DNA from: Verrucomicrobiia bacterium
GTDB taxonomy: Bacteria; Verrucomicrobiota; Verrucomicrobiia; Palsa-1439
Length of the DNA: 64,000 nucleotides
Direction: 5' to 3'
Assembly: GCA_035515475.1 (NCBI GenBank)
Contig: DATJBF010000005.1
Coordinates: 41,420-105,419 of the forward strand
The position numbers were made by a program, and so were the translations under genes. Within the stretch, counting starts at the first letter, position 1. Every line of letters begins with the position of its first letter. Positions 48,728 to 56,493 of this stretch are shown here, piece by piece. The notes under the pieces were generated by a model that worked only from the letters and a program-made list of their open reading frames with translations, did no database searches and was not told where the DNA came from.

Positions 48728-49381
48728 CTACGGAGGTGTCGTGCGTGTGAGGTAGCTCCTTCGCGATTCCCTCACTTGGAAGCCGATCCGTTTCTTCGGC
48801 GGCGGTTCTGGCAGCGCAGGTAGGTCGATGATGTCCATGACGCGTTGGAGGATGGTGACGATGGCCGCTTCGTGCACATCGAGCCGGTCCTTGAGTTCCT
48901 TTTCCAGCGCGGCGAGTTTGCGGGCTTGTTCGCGGGTCGCGGTCAGCGTGGCGCGCATCTTCACGAAGGCGCGTACGACAAACACGCTCATGTCGACGGC
49001 ACGTGGACTGTTGAGGACGTTTGCTGCCATAATGGCGCCGTGCTCCGTGAAGGCAAAGGGGAGATAGCGGCGGCCGCCCCTGCGTTTTGAGGTCACAATC
49101 TGTGACCTCAAAGCTCCTTCGGAACCGGTCACAAATTGTGATCGGTTCGATGCGGTCACAAATTGTGACCGCATGGCTTCAAAGTCCTCAGCGTTCAATT
49201 GGAACATGAAATCCGATGGAAATTTCCTCGAGTTGCGTTTGACTGCCTGATTCAAAGCCTTTGTTGTCACGCCGTAAACCGCTGCCAAGTCGGCATCGAG
49301 CATGACCTTCTGACCGCGAATCTCGTAAATCAGCCGGTCAAGATATTCCACCCGAATTACTGAGGGCTTCTCCTGAGCCAT
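48728..49381 (-). CDS. ORF6N-domain protein (phage/mobile-element-associated DNA-binding family) with internal triplicated RSQ(F/I)VT repeat
   Basis: IRGQKVMLDADLAAVYGVTTKALNQAVKRNSRKFPSDFMFQL ... RRYLPFAFTEHGAIMAANVLNS is the ORF6N signature. The canonical LRSQIVTS segment is preceded by two extra RSQFVT copies. Confidence 0.7.
   Translation of the reverse strand: MAQEKPSVIRVEYLDRLIYEIRGQKVMLDADLAAVYGVTTKALNQAVKRNSRKFPSDFMFQLNAEDFEAMRSQFVTASNRSQFVTGSEGALRSQIVTSKRRGGRRYLPFAFTEHGAIMAANVLNSPRAVDMSVFVVRAFVKMRATLTATREQARKLAALEKELKDRLDVHEAAIVTILQRVMDIIDLPALPEPPPKKRIGFQVRESRRSYLTRTTPP
49091..49170. repeat. three in-frame copies of a 17-bp perfect/near-perfect palindrome GGTCACAA(A/T)TTGTGACC with extended compensated arms, inside the ORF6N coding sequence
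   Basis: Copies at 49091-49107 (ggtcacaatctgtgacc, arms extend to ttgaggtcaca/tgtgacctcaa), 49127-49143 (ggtcacaaattgtgatc) and 49154-49170 (ggtcacaaattgtgacc, arms tgcggtcacaa/ttgtgaccgca). Spacings of 36 and 27 bp keep the reading frame. Confidence 0.8.
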
Positions 49382-49582
49382 CGCCGGGTAGTATGCCAAT
49401 GCGAGTCAGTGGCGGCAAGTCTCTCGTGACAGGTGTCAGCAACCGGACGAGGAACGCTCACGGCGCGCTCAGCGAGCACGCCCTACCAACGACCGTCAGG
49501 CGGAAACACTCGCGCCACTGCAAAAAAACGCCGGCCCGGTTGGTGACCGCGCCCGGCGTCGGCAGACAGGTCTCGGGAAAAC

Positions 49583-50176
49583 CTAGTGTTTGACCTTGGG
49601 ATCGGGATGCGCGATCAGCGCGAACGCCTGCTCGTAATCGAACCCGACTTTCTTGCCGTCCTTCGTCGTGTAGCGGTCGGGCTTCCAGGTTGGGTTCTGG
49701 CTGTTGTGGCACATCTCGCAGCTCTTCGACGCCGGATAAACCAGACCGCCCTCGATGGCTTTCGCGCGGTCTTCCATCGTGCTCTTCGCCATGTATTTCT
49801 TTCCGGGACCGTGACAGGATTCGCAGGTCACGCCATCTTCGGGTTTGATTTTTTCCGTCGCGACGCTCTCGGTGAAATTGTAGGCAGTCGAATGGCACCG
49901 GAGGCATTTGCCGCTGGTCTGGGGATTGTCAACGCCGACTTTGGCGCCCGCCGCTTTGGCCTCGGGCGTCCCGAGCAACTCGAACGCCTTGGCGTGTGGA
50001 CTAGCCTGCCACTTGGCCAGGGCGTTGCCGCTGTCTTCCGACTTGTGACAGAGGCCGCAGGTTCTGGCGCCGACGTAACTGGCGGCGTCGCGGTCAGCCG
50101 CGCTGCTGCTGAGTGAGATTAGCATTCCGGCTGCGAGAGTCACGCAAAGGGTCGATATCGGTGTCCGGTTCTTCAT
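49583..50176 (-). CDS. periplasmic tetraheme c-type cytochrome
   Basis: 197 aa from MKNRTPISTLCVTLAAGMLISLSSSAA (signal) with CGLCH, CLRCH, CESCH, CEMCH. The 533-aa ORF-track entry is an artefactual 5' extension. Confidence 0.8.
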   Translation of the reverse strand: MKNRTPISTLCVTLAAGMLISLSSSAADRDAASYVGARTCGLCHKSEDSGNALAKWQASPHAKAFELLGTPEAKAAGAKVGVDNPQTSGKCLRCHSTAYNFTESVATEKIKPEDGVTCESCHGPGKKYMAKSTMEDRAKAIEGGLVYPASKSCEMCHNSQNPTWKPDRYTTKDGKKVGFDYEQAFALIAHPDPKVKH

Positions 50177-50289
50177 CGTCAAGGCTCCTTGAATGACTGG
50201 TTCGTGTTCTGACCGGCTACTCCTCTGCCGGGCGATCATACCGACATCCCAGATTTTTTCCACACAAAAATGTTCGTCGTCAAACGTCC

Positions 50290-51486
50290 TTACCGTTCGC
50301 TCGCTGTGCGCGATTTCGCACCGACCGTCCCCGGATTTGGCGCGGCCTCGTCGGTTGGCGGCAGACGATGCGGCACGCCGTAGATGTCGAAGTGGTACCG
50401 GACGCCGACGATGCGGACGTTGGTTTCCGAAAGATGGCCGACAACACCGAACGCCACGGCCAAGACGACCGCCACGATGCCCACCGTCACCGCGATGGGG
50501 CGTTTCTTCGGATGCCGTTCCCGGCTGCGGTCCAGGAACGGCCAGAACAACAGCAGCAGCGGTGGGATCATCGAGACGAACAAACCGAGCGTCTTCGGGA
50601 AATACTTCAGCAACTGATACGTCGACAGGAAATACCATTCGGGTTTGATGCCTTCGGGCGTCACAAACGGATCGGCTTTCTCTCCCAACTCGACCGGCCA
50701 CAGCATGATCAGCGTCACGAGCACGCCGATGAGCACGCAGAACACCACGCCTTCCTTCAGCACGTGCTCCGGGAAAAAAGGGACCGCGTGCTTTTTGTCG
50801 ATGGGTTTCTCTTCGCCGACGCGTTCCATCGTGGCCAGCCCTTGTACGCGCATCAGGAACAGGTGTGTGGCGATGAGCATCGTCAGCACCCACGGCAGCA
50901 CCACCACGTGCAACACGTAGAACCGGGCCAGCGTCTCGCCGGTCACGCCTTCGCCGCCGCGCAACAGCAGTTGAATGTAGTTGCCGACCAGCGGGATTGC
51001 CCCCGTGATCTCGGTGCCAACAGTCGTCGCCCAGTAGCTGAGTTGGTTCCACGGCAGCAGATAACCCGTGAACCCGAAGGTGACGGTGCAACCAAGGATG
51101 AACACGCCCAGTACCCAGGTCAGTTCCCGCGGCTTCTTGTAGGCGCCCATGAAAAACGTCCGCATCATGTGGATCAGCACGCACAGGATCATCAGCGTCG
51201 CGCCCCAGGCGTGCAGCCCGCGAATCAGCCAGCCGAAATGCGCCTTGGTCATGATGAACCGCACGCTCTCGAACGCCGTGTTGGTCGTCGGCCGATAATA
51301 GATCATCAGCAGGATGCCCGTGACGACCTGGTTGACGAACAGGAACAGCGACAAACTGCCGAACGTGTGCCAGAAACCCGTGGCCTGCGGCAGCGGCTTG
51401 TGCAGTTGGTCGTCGGCGAACTTCTCGGCCACGCCGATGTCGAAGCGCTGCGCCAGCCAGTCGTGGATTCGCGGAGGCAATTTCAC
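50290..51486 (-). CDS. cytochrome b of a Rieske/cytb (bc1/b6f-type) complex, with fused subunit-IV-like C-terminus
   Basis: FGSLSLFLFVNQVVTGILLMIYYRPT, conserved heme-ligand His pairs (HFGWLIRGLHAWGATLMI...VLHVVVLPW), PEWY-like region (PEWYFL), 398 aa. Confidence 0.9.
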   Translation of the reverse strand: MKLPPRIHDWLAQRFDIGVAEKFADDQLHKPLPQATGFWHTFGSLSLFLFVNQVVTGILLMIYYRPTTNTAFESVRFIMTKAHFGWLIRGLHAWGATLMILCVLIHMMRTFFMGAYKKPRELTWVLGVFILGCTVTFGFTGYLLPWNQLSYWATTVGTEITGAIPLVGNYIQLLLRGGEGVTGETLARFYVLHVVVLPWVLTMLIATHLFLMRVQGLATMERVGEEKPIDKKHAVPFFPEHVLKEGVVFCVLIGVLVTLIMLWPVELGEKADPFVTPEGIKPEWYFLSTYQLLKYFPKTLGLFVSMIPPLLLLFWPFLDRSRERHPKKRPIAVTVGIVAVVLAVAFGVVGHLSETNVRIVGVRYHFDIYGVPHRLPPTDEAAPNPGTVGAKSRTASER

Positions 51487-51920
51487 GCCGGTTTCACCAT
51501 GACTTCGCCGTTGATCACCACCACGCCCTGCTCGGGCAACGGCCGCGGCGGCGGACCCGCCACGGGGCGTCCATCAAGGTCGAAGAATCCCCCATGACAC
51601 GGGCAGGCGATCTCCCGTCGCTGCGGATCCCAGCCGACGACGCAGCCGAGGTGCGTGCAAATGGCCGAGAACGCGCGAAACCCTTGCGGAGTATGGACGA
51701 CGATGACGGGGTGGCCGCTTACCGCCACGATTTTCGCCTGCCACTCGGGAAAATCGGCGGCCTGGCCGGCCGACACCGTCTGGGTACTGGGACCCCGGCG
51801 CTGGGCCGGCCACACGTAGCTGAGCACCGGCGCGACGAACCCGACGGCCCACGCGACCAGACCGCCGGTCAACACCCAGTCCAGAAACGACCGGCGTGAG
51901 ATTCTCTTTTCGTCACTCAT
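51483..51920 (-). CDS. Rieske [2Fe-2S] iron-sulfur subunit
   Basis: Tat-like RRSFLDW, TM anchor, and boxes CTHLGC ... CPCHGG; 4-nt overlap with cyt b. Confidence 0.9.
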   Translation of the reverse strand: MSDEKRISRRSFLDWVLTGGLVAWAVGFVAPVLSYVWPAQRRGPSTQTVSAGQAADFPEWQAKIVAVSGHPVIVVHTPQGFRAFSAICTHLGCVVGWDPQRREIACPCHGGFFDLDGRPVAGPPPRPLPEQGVVVINGEVMVKPA

Positions 51921-53136
51921 CCTTGTCCCTATGTTCGATTTGCCGGCGTTTGGCCCAGAACAACACCGCCATCAAGAGCAGGAACACCCAGATCGGCACC
52001 AGCGCGCCGCGTTTCCAGCGTTCGAACCGCTCCAGGCCCGCGACGTCCGCCAGCGTCTGGTGAACGATTTCCTGGGCTTGGCCAGCCACGGGCTGCAGTT
52101 CTTTGACCGACAACGTGTGTTGGAGCGCCTCGAGTTGCGTTACCTGCGTCTTGGCTTCCTGCAACAGCAACTGATCGTCCTCGGTCGCCAGCCCGCGCAC
52201 GGTGGCGTCGTGAACGGCCGCGTCGGCCCGTTCGTAGCCGGCCTGTTCTTTGCGAATCAGCCCCGCCACCGCGTCGCGCACCGCCAGTTGCTTGGGATCG
52301 TTGGCGTGACATTGGATACAGGCCTTGGCGAATAATTCCACCGACGCCTTCTGGATGGCATGGTGGCCGTGGCAACTGATGCATTCGTTGAACAATCCGA
52401 CGGACACAAGTTCGGCGTGGGGACTCTTGTCGAACAACTCGCGCTGGCGAACGTGACATTTCCCGCAGACCTCGCCCACTTCCTTCGTTCCCGGCGGCGT
52501 CGCCCCGTGGCTGCCGTGGCAGGTAACGCAGGTCGGGGCGCTCAGGTCGCCTTTCTCGAACAGCATGTACGCGTGGTAACTGGATTTGTATTGGGTGATG
52601 ATGTCGGTCGGCAGCTTGTATCCTTCCATCAACCTCGCGTTGCCGTGACAGTGGCCACAGGTGTCGGGAATGTTCGTCGGATACACGTGGGCGTCGGGCG
52701 ATTTCACTTTGAGGATATCGTGGACGCCGTGGCAGTCGACGCAGACGGCGACGTTCTGGTCGTTGTGCCCGAACAGTTGCTCGCCGTGCTTGCTGGTCTT
52801 GTAGCGGTCGAGTTGATCCGTGGGCAGGCCGTAGGGATTCATCTTCCGCACGTCGCTGTGGCAACTGGCGCACAACTCGGCGATCGCCTGCTTGGTGTCG
52901 GGCCGCTTGAAATTGTTCGTCGCGTGCGCGGTCTCGTCGGTCGCGTTCGGGTCGCCGCCGTGACAATCCACACACGTCAGCCCGGCCTGCGCATGGGCGC
53001 TGGGGGCGAACAACGTCTTCTCCTTGACGTGGCACTTGAGACAGGAGATCTCGGCAGCCGACGCCGGGACGGCGACGGCCAGGGACACCAGTGCCCAGCC
53101 GATTACATCGAGGTGCCGTTGTGGCAATCGCTGCAT
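51913..53136 (-). CDS. 9-heme c-type cytochrome subunit with C-terminal TM anchor (cytochrome c component of the Rieske/cytb complex)
   Basis: Signal MQRLPQRHLDVIGWALVSLAVAVPASA; CLKCH, CVDCH, CASCH, CVDCH, CGHCH, CVTCH, CGKCH, CISCH, CIQCH; C-terminal TM ALVPIWVFLLLMAVLFW; 8-nt overlap with Rieske. Confidence 0.85.
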   Translation of the reverse strand: MQRLPQRHLDVIGWALVSLAVAVPASAAEISCLKCHVKEKTLFAPSAHAQAGLTCVDCHGGDPNATDETAHATNNFKRPDTKQAIAELCASCHSDVRKMNPYGLPTDQLDRYKTSKHGEQLFGHNDQNVAVCVDCHGVHDILKVKSPDAHVYPTNIPDTCGHCHGNARLMEGYKLPTDIITQYKSSYHAYMLFEKGDLSAPTCVTCHGSHGATPPGTKEVGEVCGKCHVRQRELFDKSPHAELVSVGLFNECISCHGHHAIQKASVELFAKACIQCHANDPKQLAVRDAVAGLIRKEQAGYERADAAVHDATVRGLATEDDQLLLQEAKTQVTQLEALQHTLSVKELQPVAGQAQEIVHQTLADVAGLERFERWKRGALVPIWVFLLLMAVLFWAKRRQIEHRDKDE

Positions 53137-54689
53137 CTCTGGCCTTTCCAGGCGTCGCCCAGATCTTCGGACGGATGCTGAAACTCGAAACCTTGGGCGC
53201 TCAACGTTTTCAAGTCCGTTCCCGGTCCTTGCGCGATGATTGTATGACAACTATTGCAGTCTGCCGAGATCGTTTTGCGTTCGGCTTGTGGTGAGCCTGC
53301 CGAACCCGCTTGTGGTGAGCCTGTCGAATCCACCTGTGGTGAGCCTGTCGAATCCACGGCGGCGTGCTCGCCGTCGTGACAGCGGAAACAGCCGGGCCAT
53401 TGGAAGTGGCCGATGTTGTTCGGATACACTTTCCAGGAGGATCTCATCTCGGGGAAGAAATTTTCGCGATAGATCTTCTGCACCTCGATGATGGCGCGGT
53501 GGATGGTCGCGGGGTCGGACGAGGCATATTTCTTGGAGAGTGAGTCGGCAATCTTTTGCAGGGCTTCCGGCGTCGTCTGGTAGTCGGCGGCGAGTGCGTC
53601 GACCGCATTTTTCTTGATCGAGGGCAATGCCGGATCGATCCGCCCCAGCGACAGCGCAATGTCCACCGCCTCGTCGGGCGAGAGGAAGATATGCGTGGGC
53701 CGGTTGTGGCAATCGATGCAATCCATCCGCCGGATCGCCGCGCTGGTGATCTGGTCCGGTTTCAGTTTGCTGTCCTTCGCCTCGTAAACGGTCACGTGAC
53801 CCTGGCGGTCGGTGATCCGCACCCAGGGAATCACCTGGCGCGCTTCATCGGTGGCGATGTACTCGACTTTGTTGGCCACGTTCATATGCCAGTGGATGCC
53901 GCCGACGGGGCCGTGGGTCGGGTCGCCGCCGCCGACCTTGAGCAACATCTGGATCGTCCACGGGCTGTTCTTTTCGTCGTACTTGAAATGCGTGCGCACC
54001 TTCTCGATCGCACCGTAGAACTTCTGCGGCCAATGGCATTGCTCGCAGGTCTCCTGGGCCGGCCGCAGGTTCTTGACCGGGGTCGGAATCGGGCGCGGAT
54101 ATTTGTCGAACAACGTGGCGTAGACCTGGTAGCTCCCCGATAATTTCGATTTCACAAACCAGGTCGCGCCCGGGCCGATGTGGCACTGCACGCATTCGAC
54201 CCGCGCGTGCGACGAGTTGTGGTAGGCCGTGAACTCCGGTTTCATCACTGCGTGACAGGTCTGCCCGCAGAACTGGACGGACTCGGTGAACTCATACGTC
54301 CGATAACTGCCGAGGGCCGTGAACAGCAGGAACACGAACGTGACCACCACCACGATGATGAAGGCCCGGCGCTGGCGCGGGATGTTGAGATCGATGCGCG
54401 GGAGACGCGGGATTTGGCCCGGCAAGACCCGCCGCCGCTGGCGCCGTTCCAAAAGCACGCCGATCAGAATGAGCAGCAAACCCGCGAACAAAAATCCCGG
54501 CGCAATCAGATACGTCAGGATACCCATGTACGGATTGCTGAACCCCGCGAAGAAATCGATGGCAATGAGACACACGACCGCGAAGAAACTGCAGGCGGCG
54601 AGAATGATGCCGGACAGACTGATCCAATTCTGAATCAGCGGCGGAACCTTGCCTGCTCCCGGATTCGGTTGCGTGCTCTCCTCGGGCAT
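53103..54689 (-). CDS. ImcH-like inner-membrane 7-heme c-type cytochrome (NapC/NirT-family quinol dehydrogenase)
   Basis: 2-3 N-terminal TM helices, then NapC/NirT-like heme 1 (FCGQTCH, CVQCH), CEQCH, CIDCH, CFRCH, CNSCH, CSDCH. 528 aa matches the ImcH description (7 hemes, NapC/NirT homology, N-terminal TMs). Confidence 0.75.
   Translation of the reverse strand: MPEESTQPNPGAGKVPPLIQNWISLSGIILAACSFFAVVCLIAIDFFAGFSNPYMGILTYLIAPGFLFAGLLLILIGVLLERRQRRRVLPGQIPRLPRIDLNIPRQRRAFIIVVVVTFVFLLFTALGSYRTYEFTESVQFCGQTCHAVMKPEFTAYHNSSHARVECVQCHIGPGATWFVKSKLSGSYQVYATLFDKYPRPIPTPVKNLRPAQETCEQCHWPQKFYGAIEKVRTHFKYDEKNSPWTIQMLLKVGGGDPTHGPVGGIHWHMNVANKVEYIATDEARQVIPWVRITDRQGHVTVYEAKDSKLKPDQITSAAIRRMDCIDCHNRPTHIFLSPDEAVDIALSLGRIDPALPSIKKNAVDALAADYQTTPEALQKIADSLSKKYASSDPATIHRAIIEVQKIYRENFFPEMRSSWKVYPNNIGHFQWPGCFRCHDGEHAAVDSTGSPQVDSTGSPQAGSAGSPQAERKTISADCNSCHTIIAQGPGTDLKTLSAQGFEFQHPSEDLGDAWKGQRCSDCHNGTSM
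53286..53357. repeat. 24-bp tandem direct repeat x3 inside the ImcH-like coding sequence (encodes VDSTGSPQ x3)
   Basis: ttgtggtgagcctgccgaacccgc / ttgtggtgagcctgtcgaatccac / ctgtggtgagcctgtcgaatccac; in frame, located between hemes 5 and 6. Confidence 0.85.
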
Positions 54690-54901
54690 GTTGCGCCGGC
54701 GATTATTAGCGTTGTCGCGCGGGTTGCGTCAAGCGTTCCATCGACTGATGAAGGTAGGGACGCGCTCCGGCGCGTCCACGGGTCATTGGGACGCGGTGCC
54801 CCGCGTCCGTGGCCGCGCCGCAGCGCAGCCCTACCAAGGCTGTTCCTTGATGCCTCCCCAATCTCGACTCGACAAACTGTCCGTGATAAAAGGCGCCCAA
54901 G

Positions 54902-55939
54902 ATGAAATCCGCTGGCGACACGGTAGAAGTCGCATTGCTGAATCAAATCCAGACCGAGGTTCCGGTCGCGGAACATCCGTTTGCCGAACTCGGTCGCAAG
55001 ATCGGCGCGACCGAAGAACAGGTGATTCAGCGGCTGGAATCGCTCAAATCGGCCGGCATCATCCGCCAGATCAGCGCCATTTTCGACACGCGCAGCCTAG
55101 GCTACGCGTCCAGCCTCGTGGGGGCGCGCGTCGACCCGGCGCGCGTGGACGAGGCCGCCGCCGTCATCAGCCAACATCCCGGCGTCAGCCACAATTATCT
55201 CCGGAACCACACGTTCAATCTCTGGTACACCATCGCCGTCTCGCCGTTGAGTAAGCTGGGATTGGAGAAAACCGTCGAGATTCTGCACCGCGAATCCGGC
55301 GCCGAATCGACCCGGCTGTTGCCTACGCTCAAGCTCTACAAGATCGGAGTGAAATTCGACGTCGGCGGAGACGAATCGCGTCCCGACGATCAGGACGCGC
55401 CGCCGTACACCGAAACCAACCGCGCCGCCGACACGGCGCTCACGCCGGCCGAGATCGAGTTTGTTCGCGTCATGCAGCGGGATTTGCTGCTGAAACCGAC
55501 GCCGTTCGTCGATTACGCGCGCGAACTCGGTATCTCGTTTGCCGAATTGCAGGCGATGCACCGGCGGTTCCTCGACACCGGCAAAATGCGGCGGTTCGCC
55601 GCGGTGCTGCACCATCGCCAAGCCGGGTTTAAGGCCAACGCCATGGGCGTCTGGGCCGTGCCCGGTGCTGACGCGGAAGTGGACAGGGTGGGGGAGACGA
55701 TGGCCGGTTTCCGGGTTGTCAGTCATTGTTACAAGCGTCCGATTTATCCCGACTGGCCGTACAACATTTTCACGATGGTCCACGGCAAGACTCGGGAGGC
55801 ATGCGAGCAAACGTTGCGTGCCATCGCCGAAAAGACCGGCATACGAGATCGCTCCGCTCTTTACAGCGCCAAGGAATACAAGAAGGTCCGCGTCCGGTAT
55901 TTCACGACCGAAGAAGAAACGTGGGAACGACAACACTGA
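54902..55939 (+). CDS. fused siroheme decarboxylase AhbA/AhbB (NirD/NirL-like, two tandem Lrp/AsnC-type modules)
   Basis: 345 aa made of two roughly 160-aa AsnC-like halves, each with an HTH and an HNYLRNHTFNLWYT-type motif (second half VVSHCYKRPIYPDWPYNIFTMVHG), as in NirDL/AhbAB fusions. Confidence 0.75.
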   Translation: MKSAGDTVEVALLNQIQTEVPVAEHPFAELGRKIGATEEQVIQRLESLKSAGIIRQISAIFDTRSLGYASSLVGARVDPARVDEAAAVISQHPGVSHNYLRNHTFNLWYTIAVSPLSKLGLEKTVEILHRESGAESTRLLPTLKLYKIGVKFDVGGDESRPDDQDAPPYTETNRAADTALTPAEIEFVRVMQRDLLLKPTPFVDYARELGISFAELQAMHRRFLDTGKMRRFAAVLHHRQAGFKANAMGVWAVPGADAEVDRVGETMAGFRVVSHCYKRPIYPDWPYNIFTMVHGKTREACEQTLRAIAEKTGIRDRSALYSAKEYKKVRVRYFTTEEETWERQH

Positions 55940-56083
55940 GTAGAACACGCTCCTCACGATTTGTCATTTTGAGCGAAGCGAAGAATCTCTCTTTTTTTCG
56001 CGATCTCTCAAACGACTGAGACCCTTCGCTGCGCTCAGGGTGACACCCCATCGTCGTTCCCGGAGCGGTTGCCCTAGAAGAGT

Positions 56084-56461
56084 TTGTGTTACAATACCGA
56101 CCGGAGAATCATCATGGCGCGCAAACAATCAACCGCATCCCGGAAGAGTTTCACCACACAACCCACCCGCCCCGCCGCTCTCGTGGATTACCAATCCGAC
56201 GCCATCGTCAGCCGCGAAGTGCTGAAGAAGAAAACCGGTTCGGTCACGCTGTTCGCGTTCGACGCCGGGCAGGGGCTGAGCGAGCACACCGCGCCGTTCG
56301 ACGCGTTGGTACAGGTGCTGGACGGCGAAGCCGAGATCACCATCGCCGGCAAACGTCACCGGGTGTCAGCGGGCGAATTGATCCTGATGCCCGCGAACCG
56401 TCCCCACGCCCTGAAAGCCGTCCACCGCTTCAAAATGATGCTTGTTATGATCCGGTCGTGA
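56084..56461 (+). CDS. small cupin-domain protein
   Basis: 125 aa; conserved cupin beta-strands (TLFAFDAGQGLSEHTAPFDALVQVLDGEAEITIAGKRHRVSAGELILMPANRPHAL). Confidence 0.7.
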   Translation: MCYNTDRRIIMARKQSTASRKSFTTQPTRPAALVDYQSDAIVSREVLKKKTGSVTLFAFDAGQGLSEHTAPFDALVQVLDGEAEITIAGKRHRVSAGELILMPANRPHALKAVHRFKMMLVMIRS

Positions 56462-56493
56462 GAGCTTTGCTCACGGATTGTAGATCCAACGAT

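Noticed and set aside
49583-51184. 533-aa ORF-track entry
   Set aside because: Only the C-terminal 197 aa (from MKNRTPIS at 50176, with signal peptide and 4 CxxCH) are a real gene. The upstream extension overlaps the cytochrome b gene in another frame and is R/G/A-rich nonsense.
53286-53357. Possible CRISPR-like array (also considered for 49091..49170 and 47116..47250)
   Set aside because: The repeats are 24-bp contiguous tandem units or palindromes without unique spacers of regular length; two of the three lie inside coding sequence in frame; no cas genes are present.
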